A stretch of DNA of 64,000 nucleotides from Mobula hypostoma (Eukaryota), in NCBI RefSeq assembly GCF_963921235.1, contig NW_026948145.1, forward strand, positions 558,001 to 622,000, given 5' to 3'. Every line of letters begins with the position of its first letter. Within the stretch, counting starts at the first letter, position 1. The notes under the pieces were generated by a model. It had not been told where the DNA came from. It saw nothing but the letters and a program-made list of their open reading frames with translations, and searched no databases. Below are positions 13,101 through 25,030 of this stretch, in pieces. The position numbers were made by a program, and so were the translations under genes.

Positions 13101-16100
13101 CAGGACTCACTCCACCACGTTCAGGAACAGTTATAACTCCTCAACCATCAGGCTCTTGAACCAAGGAGGATAACTTCACTTGCCCCATCACTGAACTGTT
13201 TCCACAACCTGTGGAGTCACCTTCAAGGACACGTCATCTCATGTTCTTGCTATTTATTGCTTATTTATTTGTAATTATTATGATTTATTTCTTCTGTTAT
13301 TTGCAGAGTTTGTTTTCTTTTTCACACTGGTTGAATGCACAAGTTGAGTTGAATTGAATTGTATTGCATTGTCTTTATTTCTTACATCCTTCATATACAC
13401 GAGGAGTAAAAATCTTTACGTTACGTCTCTGTCTAAACGTGCAATGTGCAATTTACGAGGGACGATTGATAAGTTTGTGGCCTAAGGTAGAAGGAGTCAA
13501 TTTTAGAAAACCTAGCACATTTAGTTTTCAACATAGTCCTCTCCTTTATTCACACACTTAGTCCAGCAGTTGTGGAGCATACGGATCTAGGACCTCCAGA
13601 AAGTGTCCACAGCAGGGGTGATTGGTAAGGGAGAAGGAGATGAGTTATACAGCTCTCGTTACATGCACATACAGTTCAACTCTTTGAATGATTATGCAGA
13701 AAGTTTGAGGTTAATAACTCATCGCCTTCTACCTTAGGCCACGAACTTATCAATCACCCCTCGTATAGTAATTTATAATAAATAGTATGTACCGCAGGAC
13801 AGTCAATATAACATAGAAATACAATTGTACCAGCATGATTTTATCAGCCTGATGGCCTGGTGGAAGAAGCTGTCCCGGAGCCTGTTGGTCCTGGCTTTTA
13901 TGCTGTGGTACCATTTCCTAGATGGTAGCAGCTGGAACAGTTTGTGGCTGGGGTGACTCGGGTCCCCAATCATCATTCGGGCCCTTCTTACACACCTGTC
14001 TTTGTAAATGTCCTGGATAGTGGGAAGTTCACATCTGCAGAGTCCTGTGATTGAGGGAAGTACAGTTCCCATACCAAGCAGTGATGCAGTCAGTCAGGAT
14101 GCTCTCAATTGTGCCCCTGTAAAAAGTTCTGAGGATTTGGGGGCCCATACCAAACTTCTTCACTGAGGTGAAAGAGGCGCTTTTGTGCTTTTTTCACCCC
14201 ACAGCCAGTGTGTACAGACCACGTGAGATCCTTGGTGATGTGGATGCTGAGGAACTTAAAGCTGTTCACCCTCTCAACTCCAGATGTCAGTAGGGGTTGT
14301 TAGCCTGTCTCCATTCCTCCTGTAGTCCACACAACTAGCTCCTTTGTTTTTGTGACATCGGGGGAGAGATTGTTTTCTTGACACCACTGTGTCAGGGTGA
14401 TGACTTCTTCTCTGTAGGCTGCCTCATTATTATTTGAGATAAGGCCAATCGGTGTAGTGTCGTCAGCTAATTTAATTAGCAGATTGGAGCTGTGGGTGGC
14501 GACATGGTCATGGGTGTACAGAGAGTAAAGGAGGGGCTTAGGACACAGCCCAGAGGGGCACCTGTGTTGAGAGTCAGAGGGGCAGAGGTGAGGGAGCCCA
14601 CTCTTACCACCTGCTGGTGATTTGACTGTAAATCCAGGATCCAGCTGCACGAGGCAGGGTGAAGGCCGAGGACTCTGAGCTTCTTGTTGAGACTGCAGGG
14701 AATTACGGTGTTGAATGATGAACTGTAGTCCAAGAACAGCATTCTCACATAAGCATCCTTCTGTGAGGCCTTTCATTAATTCTATTACTTTCATTGGATT
14801 TACTGAGAATGCCCACAAAAAATGAATCTCAGGGATGTATATGGTGACATACTATGTACTTTGATAATAAATTTACTGTGAACTTTAATCAAAAGTACAT
14901 CTCATACTTGCCCAGATCAAATTCCATCTTCCAGTTATCTGTCCAAATTTCCAACTGCTCTATGTTTTTTGACAAACTATTTATTCATATGCTCACCTGG
15001 TCTGTGCTTGGCCTCACTGTGTAGAAGAGTCCACTTCGGGAGCCCCAAATGCAGCAGGCAAGGTTGGAGGAGGTATATCGCTTGGAAAGTCTATTTAAAT
15101 CGCCAGATAGCATTGAGGAAGGAGGTGTGGAGACACTTGGCATCTCCCATGGGTGCATGGAAAGTACTAGAAGATGGGAAGGGTTTGGTGCGGAGAGGTG
15201 AGTGAATGAGGAGAGGAGAGTGCCCAGGGAAAGCAGAAAGGGGTGGAGAGGGGGAGGTGTAACTGGTGGTGGGATCATGTTGCAGCTGGTAAAAATATGG
15301 AAGTGGATGTGCTGGAGGTGAAGGCTGGTGGAGTGAAAGGTGAGGACCAGGAACTCTATCTCTGTTCTGTCTCGGCTGGTGGGGGTGAGAGCAGATCTGC
15401 AGGAAGCAGAGGAAATGTGGGTGAGTGCACTACTAATTATGGCAGAGACAGGGAGCACCACGTTCCGAAGGAGGATATTCCTGGAGCAGAAAGCCTCGAT
15501 CTGAGGGCAGATACAGTGGATGGCATCTATGCAGGATGGAAATGTAATGGAGGAACCTCTGGGTTTGTAGTAGGTATTGGTGGATAGTTTTTTTTCCTGT
15601 CATGGAGGCCAGGAGATCCAGGAAAGGAAGAGAGGTGGCCGAAATAGTGCAAGTAAAACTGAGAATGCCCATTGATGCTGAATGGTTGGGCTGCCCAGTG
15701 GTCCACATTGGCTGTAGATGGCTCCTTCCTTGGTCAGTGACACTGTTCTCTCTTCCCTCTCTGTTGCAGGGCGGAGCGGGAGCGGAGGGGCCTGGGGCTT
15801 TGCAGTGTCCTGAGGTCCGCTGGAGCTGGAAGAAGACGGGCTCCTCTGCGCTCCTGGCCCGAGCCTTCCACAGTGTGGACCTGGTGGGAGACAGGCTGGT
15901 GGTCTACGGAGGGATGCGGTCAGCAGAGCCCCGGGAAGGGCCGCTGGGTGATGCGGTGATCCTGGGGGCGGGCTCATTGGCAGTGGAGAGGGTGGTGTCG
16001 GGTGGGCCAGCCCGCAGCCACCATGGCACCGCCGTGCTGCAGGAGCGCTGGTTGCTGGTGGTAGGGGGGTGGGATGGCAAGAGGCGGCTGGCCGGGCTCC

Positions 16101-19100
16101 AGGCCCTCGACCTGGCTGGGTATGAGACCGAGCCCGGCTTCTGGAGCCAGCTGAAGCAGGAGCAGCACAGCCAGGCACCCGTGGGGCTGAGTGGCCATAG
16201 TGTCACCAAGCTGAGCGAGCAGCGGCTCTGGGTGGTGGGACGCGAGGGAGGGGTCCGCACCCAGAGGAGGTTTGCCAGCATCTTCCAGCTTCAAGTGGAC
16301 ATGCAGCACGGATGCTACCGGTGAGTCAGTCAGACACTGGCCTGAGCATTCTCAACCTTTCCTATCCACGTACTTGTCCAAGTGCCTTTTAAATGCTGTT
16401 AACTTAGCCGCCTCGACACAGCCCCCGGCAGCTTGGTTTGTATGCTGACCAGCCTCTGGGTGAAAAAGCTGTCTCAGGTTCCTATTAAATCTCTGTCCTC
16501 TGCTTCTTGGTCCTCCAACTGTGTGAAAAAGGCCATGCACATTCACCCTATCTATACCTCTGTAAGGTCATCTTTCATTCTCCTACGCTCCAGTGAAAAC
16601 AGTCCTTACCTGCTCAGCCTCTCTGCATCCCAGCAGGGTCTGCAGAAACCTCCCCTGCACTCTTTCCAGCTTAATGGCATCTTTCCTACAGCAAGTGAAT
16701 GACACACGGTATTCCAGATGCGGGCTCACCGACGTCCTGTGCAACGGTAACATATCTCAGTTTCTGCTCTCAGTGCTGTAACTGACGAAGGCCAACATGA
16801 CAGAAGCCCTTTTCACCACCCTTTCTGTGACTCCACTTTCAGGGAAATATGCACTTGTATTCCTGGATCCCTCTGTTCTACAACACTCCCCAGGGCCCTA
16901 TAGTTCACGGGGAAATTCCCCTGATCCCTCTGTTCTACAACACTCCCCAGGGCCCTATCGTTCACTAGAAAAGTCCAGCCCTCCTTTGAACAGAGAACAT
17001 AGAAATCTACAGCACATTACAGGCCCTTCAGCCCACAATATTGTGCTGACCATGTAGCCTACTCTAGAAACTGCCTAGAATTTCCCTAGCGCGTAGCCCT
17101 CTATTTTTCTAAGCTCCATGCACCTATCTTGAGGCTTGCAAAAGGCCCTATTGTATCCACTTCCACCACCGTCACTGGCAGTGCATTCCACGCACCCACC
17201 ACTCCCAGTGTGAAAAACTTACCCCCGACATCCCCTCGGTACCTATTTCCAAGCACTGGGGCTCATACACAAACTTAGATTGTTAGCTCATAGTCATAGT
17301 CATACTTTATTAATCCCAGGGGAAATTGGTTTTCGTTACAGTTGCTCCATAAATAATAAATAGTAATAGAACCATAAATAGCTAAATAGTAATATGTAAA
17401 TTATGAAATAAGTCCAGGACCAGCCTATTGGCTCAGGATGTCTGACCCTCCAAGGGAGGAGTTGTAAAGTTTGATGGCCACAGGCAGGAATGACTTCCTA
17501 TGACGCTCTGTGCTGCATCTCAGTGGAATGAGTCTCTGGGTGAATGTACTCCTGTGCCCACCCAGTACATTATGTAGTGACATACATCAAAGTTGCTGGT
17601 GAACGCAGCAGGCCAAGCAGCATCTATAGGAAGAGGCGCAGTCGACGTTTCAGGCCGAGACCCTTCGTCAGGACTAACTGAAGGAAGAGTGAGTAAGGGA
17701 TTTGAAAGCTGGAGGGGGAGGGGGAGATGCAAAATGATAGGAGAAGACAGGAGGGGGAGGGATAGAGCCGAGAGCTGGACAGGTGATAGGCAAAAGGGGA
17801 TACGAGAGGATCATGGGACAGGAGGTCCGGGAAGAAAGACGGGGGGGGGGGGACCCAGAGGATGGGCAAGAGGTATATTCAGAGGGACAGAGGGAGAAAA
17901 AGGAGAGTGAGAGAAAGAATGTGTGCATAAAAATGAGTAACAGCTGGGGTACGAGGGGGAGGTGGGGCCTAGCGGAAGTTAGAGAAGTCAATGTTCATAC
18001 CATCAGGTTGGAGGCTACCCAGACGGAATATAAGGTGTTGTTCCTCCAACCTGAGTGTGGCTTCATCTTTACAGTAGAGGAGGCCGTGGATAGACATGTC
18101 AGAATGGGAATGGGATGTGGAATTAAATTGTGTGGCCACTGGGAGATCCTGCTTTCTCTGGCGGACAGAGCGTAGATGTTCAGCAAAGCGGTCTCCCAGT
18201 CTGCGTCGGGTCTCACCAATATATAAAAGGCCACATCGGGAGCACCGGACGCAGTATATCACCCCAGTCGACTCACAGGTGAAGTGATGCCTCACCTGGA
18301 AGGACTGTTTGGGGCCCTGAATGGTGGTAAGGGAGGAAGTGTAAGGGCATGTGTAGCACTTGTTCCGCTTACACGGATAAGTGCCAGGAGGGAGATCAGT
18401 GGGGAGGGATGGGGGGGACGAATGGACAAGGGAGTTGTGTAGGGAGCGATCCCTGCGGAATGCAGAGGGGGGGGGAGGGAAAGATGTGCTTAGTGGTGGG
18501 ATCCCGTTGGAGGTGGCGGAAGTTACGGAGAATAATATGTTGGACCCGGAGGCTGGTGGGGTGGTAGGTGAGGACCAGGGGAACCCTATTCCTAGTGGGG
18601 TGGTGGGAGGATGGAGTGAGAGCAGATGTACGTGAAATGGAGGAGATGCGTTTAAGAGCAGAGTTGATAGTGGAGGAAGGGAAGCCCCTTTCTTTAAAAA
18701 ATGAAGACATGGATGGGAGATATTTGACCAAGATGGCATGCAACTTATACAGCATCCTCTTTTCAGACACCACCGTCAGAGAGTCCAGTTCCATCCCCAC
18801 AACATCACTGGCCTTACGAATGAGTTTGTTGATTCTGTTGGTGTCTGCTACCCTCAGCCTGCTGCCCCAGCACACAACAGCAAACATGATAGCACTGGCC
18901 ACCACAGACTTGTAGAACATCCTCAGCATCGTCCAGCAGATCTTAAAGGACCTCAGTCTCCTCAGGAAATAGAGATGGCTCTGGCCCTTCTTGTAGACAG
19001 CCTCAGTGTTCTTTGACCAGTTCAGTTTATTGTCAGTTTGTATCCCCAGGTATTCGTAATCCTCCACCATGTCCACACTGACCCCCTGGATGGAAACAGG

Positions 19101-22100
19101 GGTCACCGGTGCCTTAGCTCTCCTCAAGTCCACCACCAGCTCCTTAGTCTTTTTCACATTAAGCTGCAGATAATTCTGCTCACACCATGTGACAAAGTTT
19201 CCTACCGTAGCCCTGTACTCAGCCTCATCTCCCTTGCTGATGCATCCAACTATGGCAGAGTCATCCGAAAACTTCTGAAGATGACAAGACTACCTCTGCT
19301 AACAGCCATGTGGCCCAGTGGTGAGGCCATCTTTCGTACGGAATGTATGTCTAGCGTTGGTATGATTTGGAGTTCAATTAAACAGGAACATTGAGATGTT
19401 CCAATTAAAGGAACCTCGGTTTGAGTGAATGCTGTGTAAATACTGCCCATAGAGTTATCAGTAGTCCAGAAATGACAGATCGCACACCAACATAAAACTA
19501 TAAAGAAAGTATATTTACCAAATTTCAACTTTATCAAACAGCTAACAGAGAAACAAAAAGAAAAAAAGGGCCTATTACAGTTACACATAAACGTTGGAGC
19601 TCATTTGCGTAGTAGCTGTGAGTATTGCTTTACTCACAGCGCTGAATTCCCATCACCAAGCACAGGCAGAACGTCCCTTCTTGAAATTCTCTGCCTTGTG
19701 AAGCACTCCTTGCAATTGGGTCTTCCCTGGTGCTGTTCTGTCCATGCCCCCCGCCAAAAAGACCTCAAACCAGACTACTGTCCTTCAGAAATCTTACCCA
19801 GCCCAGCTCTCCAGAACCTTCTCACCATCCCACAATCCTGATTAGCTGACATTCTTAACTTGGACAGTGTGACTCCTTATCTTTTACCAGCAGGACAGAC
19901 TGTTTTTACAGAAACTGCTAAAATAAAATACCTCACGGCATAGCAATAGAAATCTTAACCAGGACATTATACACATCTCCACTATTGGACATCACCTGCT
20001 TTTCATGCCATCCATATCTTGCGAATCATGGTTTGTAGATTCCCATTCGAGTGGTGTGGGAGTGTAAGAAGGGAGGGGATAGGGTGGGGTGGAGCCACAT
20101 CACTTCCCCCATGACATCTTGCAGCGACCATGTGATGGGACTGTGGGCTTTGCGGTCTCTGACTGCCTGTCCCTTCCCAGGTACGAGGAGCAGGCCTCAC
20201 GCACAGCCTCGCGCTCTGGGCACTCAGCCACCCTGTGTCGGAGAGGGTGCCGAGGGAAGGCCACCTTTCAGCTGCTGCTGTTTGGAGGGCGTAACACACC
20301 TGGCTTTGAGGTGGCCGGGCACTGGAAGGAAGGGGTCGTGAAGGTCAGTGATGGTGAAAGGGGTTTGTGAAGGTCAGTGATGGGGAGGGGTTTGTGAGGG
20401 TCAGTGATGGGGAGGGGGTTTGTGAGGGTCAGTGATGGGGGAGGGGTTTGTGAGGGTCAGTGATGGGGGAGGGGGTTTGTGAAGGTCAGTGATGGCGAAA
20501 GGGGTTTGTGAGGGTCAGTGATGGGGAGGGGTTTGTGAGGGTCGGTGATGGGGAAGGGGTTTGTGAGGGTCAGTGATGGGGAGGGGTTTGTGAGGGTCAG
20601 TGATGGGGAGGGGGTTTGTGAGGGTCAGTGATGGGGAGGGGTTTGTGAAGGTCAGTGATGGGGAGGGGTTTGTGAGGGTCAGTGATGGGGGAGGGGTTTG
20701 TGAAGGTCAGTGATGGCGAAAGGGGTTTGTGAGGGTCAGTGATGGGGGAGGGGGTTTGTGAGGGTCAGTGATGGGGAGGGGTTTGTGAGGGTCGGTGATG
20801 GGGAAGGGGTTTGTGAGGGTCGGTGATGGGGGAGGGGTTTGTGAGGGTCAGTGATGGGGAGGGGGTTTGTGAGGGTCAGTGATGGGGGAGGGGGTTTGTG
20901 AGGGTCAGTGATGGGGAGGGGTTTGTGAGGGTCAGTGATGGGGAGGGGGTTTGTGAGGGTCAGTGATGGGGGAGGGGTTTGTGAGGGTCAGTGATGGGGG
21001 AGGGGGTTTGTGAGGGTCAGTGATGGGGAGGGGGTTTGTGTGGGTCAGTGATGGGGAGGGGTTTGTGAGGGTCAGTGATGGGGAGGGGGTTTGTGAGGGT
21101 CAGTGATGGGGGAGGGGGTTTGTGAGGGTCAGTGATGGGGAAGGGGTTTGTGAGGGTCAGTGATGGGGAGGGGTTTGTGAGGGTCAGTGATGGGGAAGGG
21201 GTTTGTGTGGGTCAGTGATGGGGGAGGGGTTTGTGAGGGTCAGTGATGGGGAGGGGGTTTGTGAGGGTCAGTGATGGGGGAGGGGGTTTGTGAGGGTCAG
21301 TGATGGGGAAGGGGTTTGTGAGGGTCAGTGATGGGGAGGGGTTTGTGAGGGTCAGTGATGGGGAGGGGTTTGTGAGGGTCAGTGATGGGGGAGGGGGTTT
21401 GTGAGGGTCAGTGATGGGGAAGGGGTTTGTGAGGGTCAGTGATGGGGAGGGGTTTGTGAGGGTCAGTGATGGGGAAGGGGTTTGTGAGGGTCAGTGATGG
21501 GGAGGGGTTTGTGAGGGTCAGTGATGGGGAAGGGGTTTGTGAGGGTCAGTGATGGGGGGAGGGGTTTGTGAGGGTCAGTGATGGGGAGGGGTTTGTGAGG
21601 GTCAGTGATGGGGAGGGGGTTTGTGAGGGTCAGTGATGGGGGAGGGGTTTGTGAGGGTCAGTGATGGGGGAGGGGGTTTGTGAGGGTCAGTGATGGGGAG
21701 GGGGTTTGTGTGGGTCAGTGATGGGGGAGGGGTTTGTGAGGGTCAGTGATGGGGAGGGGGTTTGTGAGGGTCAGTGATGGGGGAGGGGGTTTGTGAGGGT
21801 CAGTGATGGGGAAGGGGTTTGTGAGGGTCAGTGATGGGGAGGGGTTTGTGTGGGTCTGTGTTGGGGAAGGGGTTTGTGTGGGTCAGTGATGGGGGAGGGG
21901 TTTGTGAGGGTCAGTGATGGGGAGGGGGTTTGTGAGGGTCAGTGATGGGGGAGGGGGTTTGTGAGGGTCAGTGATGGGGAAGGGGTTTGTGAGGGTCAGT
22001 GATGGGGAGGGGTTTGTGAGGGTCAGTGATGGGGAGGGGTTTGTGAGGGTCAGTGATGGGGGAGGGGGTTTGTGAGGGTCAGTGATGGGGAAGGGGTTTG

Positions 22101-23537
22101 TGAGGGTCAGTGATGGGGAGGGGTTTGTGAGGGTCAGTGATGGGGAAGGGGTTTGTGAGGGTCAGTGATGGGGAGGGGTTTGTGAGGGTCAGTGATGGGG
22201 AAGGGGTTTGTGAGGGTCAGTGATGGGGGGAGGGGTTTGTGAGGGTCAGTGATGGGGAGGGGTTTGTGAGGGTCAGTGATTGGGGGAGGGGTTTGTGAGG
22301 GTCAGTGATGGGGGAGGGGGTTTGTGAGGGTCAGTGATGGGGAAGGGGTTTGTGTGGGTCAGTGATGGGGAGGGGTTTGTGAGGGTCAGTGATTGGGGGA
22401 GGGGTTTGTGAGGGTCAGTGATGGGGAGGGGTTTGTGAGGGTCAGTGATGGGGGAGGGGTTTGTGATGGTCAGTGATGAGAATGTGGTCAGGAAGATCAG
22501 AGTTGGGAGGGAGGGGATCTTGCTCAGTGATGTTGAGGAGGAAGGATGGAGGGCGTTGTGGTCAGTGAGTAGAGGGGGAAGGGAATGGGGAGGGGTGGGG
22601 GAGGGGGATGAGGAGGGATCGGGAAGAGTGATTGGGAAGAAGGTGTGAAGATGGTGGTGGTGGTGGGGGGAATTATCCTGGAAGGGTCAGCAGGGATAAG
22701 CAGTGGGAGTAAGGAGCCTGCTGGATTGGATGGAATGGGAGAATGGAGAGGACAGAGTTCTGTGAGGAGACAGAGAATGTGGGAAATAAACAATCCTTAG
22801 AATGGAAGGGGAAGACCATGATGGAAGTGTGCAAAAGAGTAGGAGGGAGAGAGGAGACGGGAAGGAAAGAAGGGAGAGTGCGGCTCTCGGGAGGGTGGAT
22901 GACAGGATAGTCCCATTGATACTAACCACCTCTCTGATGCCCCACAGTCCCAGCAACCCTCTCCCCAAGGCTTGGTTGGGAAGTTCAGCTCCCTCATCGC
23001 TGACGAGGTGGTGACTCCTGGCAGCCCAACACCTCGCCGACACCACTCCACGGTGCAGGTGGGACCCTTCACCCTGTTGCATGGGGGCGAATCATTCAAC
23101 AAGGCCATTGACACAATCTGCAGCGACCTCTACATCTACGACACACGTGAGTGTCAGCTATCGTGACAGGGAGCTTCACCGCATGTCTGACCCGTGCCCT
23201 GGGAGTGTGTGATGGGACAGTGTAGAGGGAGCTTCACCGCATGTCTAACCTGTGCCCTGGGAGTGTGTGATGGGACAGTGTAGAGAGTTTCACTCTGACT
23301 CGTGCGCTGGGAGTGTGTGATAGGCCAGGGTTCACAGTGAGTATTTGATCCCAATCTCTTGTTTCCTCAGGATCTTGCGCCGGGCAGTGGTTCCGGTTCC
23401 CCGCCTCTGACGTAGAGCTGAAGAGAGTTGGACATCGGATGGTAGTGCTAGGAGAGCAGCTGTGTGTGATCGGAGGTCTGGGACCAGGCGGCAAGCACTG
23501 TCCCCCTGATATTTACACCCTGGACCTCCACTGCTGA
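4091..23537 (+). CDS. KLHDC9: Kelch domain-containing protein 9, about 361 aa; join(4091..4096,15770..16320,20181..20343,22948..23146,23371..23537)
   Basis: Translation matches KLHDC9 as recalled: LLARAFHS, RSHH..WLLVVGGWDG.RRL, GREGG..TQRR, SRSGH, LLLFGG, RHHS..VGPF..HGGE, TICSDLYIYDT, KRVGHR. All junctions are GT-AG and in phase; total 1086 nt. Confidence 0.92.
4108..6440 (+). repeat. GA/G-rich low-complexity and tandem repeat tract with assembly gaps (N runs 4305-5202, 5234-5488, 5680-5823)
   Basis: Units such as GGGGAGAAAGGGAGGGAAGGGGA; long ORFs here are artefacts. Confidence 0.9.
6452..7359 (-). mobile_element. Solo LTR (908 bp) with 4-bp TSD GAAG
   Basis: Termini TGTTACG...CGTCACA; GAAG at 6448-6451 and 7360-7363; strand inferred from an AATAAA on the minus strand near 6535. 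Confidence 0.8.
7920..10740 (+). mobile_element. Near-complete degenerate CR1 LINE ORF2 (APE endonuclease + RT) with 3' tail
   Basis: GGGVELLIR, FYRPPNS, KSRGPD, NYRQVSLTSVVGK, GVPQGSVLGP, FADETK, EYCAQFWSP; several stops; tail TTTCTATGTTTCTATAA. Confidence 0.9.
10925..11840. mobile_element. Two decayed Penelope-like 3' fragments in opposite orientations
   Basis: ATGCTGGAGGAACTCAGCAGGCCAGGC end motif shared with the copies at 17580 and 41400. Confidence 0.55.
12790..14760. mobile_element. Rex1/Babar-like LINE RT fragments (+ at about 12790-13180; - at about 13350-14760)
   Basis: RMLFLDYSSSFNT, KLADDTT, KTKELVV, HKLFQLLPS, RLRDSFFHQAIRL. Confidence 0.75.
13456..13763. mobile_element. Mariner-type MITE (308 bp) with TA TSD
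   Basis: TA|CGAGGGACGATTGATAAGTTTGTGGCCTAAGGTAGAAGG ... CCTTCTACCTTAGGCCACGAACTTATCAATCACCCCTCG|TA. Confidence 0.85.
14990..15720 (-). mobile_element. Decayed Penelope-like element fragment
   Basis: FTCTISATSLPFLDL and downstream sequence resemble the RT/GIY-YIG copy at 39900-41490. Confidence 0.6.
15770..16320 (+). CDS. KLHDC9: KLHDC9 exon 2
   Basis: Polypyrimidine tract + ttgcag|GGC; kelch repeats; ends CCG|gtgagt. Confidence 0.93.
17580..18710 (-). mobile_element. 5'-truncated Penelope-like element with GIY-YIG endonuclease domain
   Basis: FTCESTGVIYCVRCSRCGLLYIGETRRRLGDRFAEHL...RLEEQHLIFRLGSLQPDGMNIDF. Confidence 0.9.
17640..17675 (-). ncRNA. Minimal hammerhead ribozyme motif in the Penelope 3' end
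   Basis: Minus strand reads AGTC-CTGACGA-AGGGTCTCGGCCT-GAAA-C-GTC-GACT: stem I AGTC/GACT, CUGANGA and GAAA cores, palindromic ACGU stem III, GUC cleavage triplet. Confidence 0.7.
20181..20343 (+). CDS. KLHDC9: KLHDC9 exon 3
   Basis: cccag|G YEEQASRTASRSGHSA..LLLFGGRN..AGHWKEGVVK|gtcagt. Confidence 0.92.
20331..22478 (+). repeat. G-rich minisatellite, 27-29 bp unit (GGGGTTTGTGAGGGTCAGTGATGGGGA), roughly 75 copies, in KLHDC9 intron 3
   Basis: Directly visible tandem array whose first unit overlaps the exon 3 donor. Confidence 0.95.
22948..23146 (+). CDS. KLHDC9: KLHDC9 exon 4
   Basis: Branch-like ACTAAC at 22921; cacag|SQQPSP..RHHSTVQVGPFTLLHGGE..DLYIYDT|gtgagt. Confidence 0.92.
23165..23350 (+). 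repeat. Intronic satellite (GGGAGTGTGTGATGGGACAGTGTAGAGGGAGCTTCAC..TGTCTGACCCGTG), about 3 units
   Basis: Same family as 38836-39305 and 59325-61705. Confidence 0.85.
23371..23537 (+). CDS. KLHDC9: KLHDC9 last exon; AATAAA at 23565-23570
   Basis: cctcag|..QWFRFPASDVELKRVGHR..VIGGLG..IYTLDLHC*. Confidence 0.92.
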
Positions 23538-24229
23538 CCCTGGCTGTGGGAACCCTTTGGTTCAAATAAAGATGCTATCTGCCCCACTCACGTGGAATGC
23601 TTGTCATGTTCTGGGCTCATTTATCCTATGTTTATACACATGGAATCAGGCCATCCAGTCTATCAAGTGCACACTGACCAGTGGCCAGCCGTCTGTATTG
23701 CTCCCATCGCCAGCAGTTGTCAAGGGGACTTTGTGCTCATCTGGACGATTGTTAAATGTCAGTGGTCCAGTTCCCCCACTCTCTCCAGCTGTGTTCTAAG
23801 TACTCCCCACACTTCTACTTCTTCATACAGGTGATAAACATGTCCCTCTGAATCCCTCCTCCCATACCCTGAATTTGTGTATCCCAGTTTTACCACCCCT
23901 GCAGGGTGTCAAAACTCTTGTCAGTCCGCCCTCTGATATTTAATCCTGCTCACACCACACCTTCCCCTTCTGTTCTGTACGCCTCTCCCCAAACCCCACC
24001 CCTCCTGCAAGTTGAAGCTTGCTTCATGTCGACACTGAGCCAGACAGGCAACCCAATCCACACGAACAGCCAAGCACTCAGTGTTTCTCATTGGGCTGAG
24101 CAGGAGGGTCACAGAGTCAGACAGGAGGGAAACAGGCCATTAAACTGTCAGTGACTCTGTCCGGCTGTGTGTCACAGGTAGTCGTCACTCTCTGAGTGAC
24201 AAAGGTACCTACCCCGCTTCCTCCTCACC

Positions 24230-25030
24230 CTGATCTGTGTCCTTAAATTTCATCTACCTCAGGGTACGGGGAAAATTCCTGCAGTCTGTTCTGACTCATT
24301 TTAAATATCCCAGTCTTGCCCCTCCTAACTTCCTCCACTCCTGGGGGAACAGACCCAGCCTCTCCTCAGAAGTGAAATCCAATGTCCCAGGCAACATCTT
24401 GGTGAATTCCCCTCTGCACTGTTCAGTGATGATCACATCCTTCCTGTGGCCTGCAGACCAGAACTGCACGCAGTAGTCCAGCTGAGGACTGAGCAAGGTT
24501 TTTAGAAATTGAAACAACTTCTTTACTCTTGTACTCCGTGCCATAATAATCACGATCAGTACCCCTCATGCCTGCTTAATGACATTGCCTGCCCGTGCTG
24601 TCACCTTCAGGGATCTTTTATCTTGCACAGCAAGGTCCCTGTTTGTCAATACTCCATACAACCTTGTCATTCATGGTCTCTGTCCTACACATCAAACCTC
24701 CAACATCTACATTCGAGTCATTGATATGAACTACAAACTGCATGGGTCCCAGCACCTATCCCTGTGGAACACAAATCACCCTCCACCATCTCATTAACAA
24801 TTCCATTTCCCATTTGACCTGAATCCCATGGGCTCTAATCTAATGGTCCAGTCTCCCCTTCAGGACCTTGTCAAAGGCTTTACTGATCTTACAGACATCA
24901 ACAATATACTTCATTACCTCAGAAAGATTCATTCAAATTAGTAAGCCACGATTTTCCACAAACAGAGCTATGCTGCGTATCCCATATCAATCTGTGCCTT
25001 TCCAACTGTAAATGGATCCTGTGTCTCAGA
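24230..25030 (-). mobile_element. Decayed CR1 LINE fragment
   Basis: KTLLSPQLDYCVQFWSAGHRKD on the minus strand. Confidence 0.65.

Larger units (their letters stand above)
17290..19291 (-). mobile_element. Rex1/Babar-like LINE 3' portion, split by a Penelope insertion at about 17580-18710
   Basis: KKTKELVVDLRR..YEYLGI..NWSKNT..LYFLRRLRSF; resumes at about 17577 toward a (CATAGT)n tail. Confidence 0.8.

Noticed and set aside
15602-15769. ATG at 15602 as the KLHDC9 start
   Set aside because: The upstream part is antisense Penelope sequence, and a clear polypyrimidine tract plus AG sits at 15769
16865-16960. Short direct duplication of about 40-60 bp
   Set aside because: Local duplication inside a decayed CR1, with no sign of function
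19330-19975. Possible further solo LTR
   Set aside because: Could not define both TG..CA termini with a matching TSD
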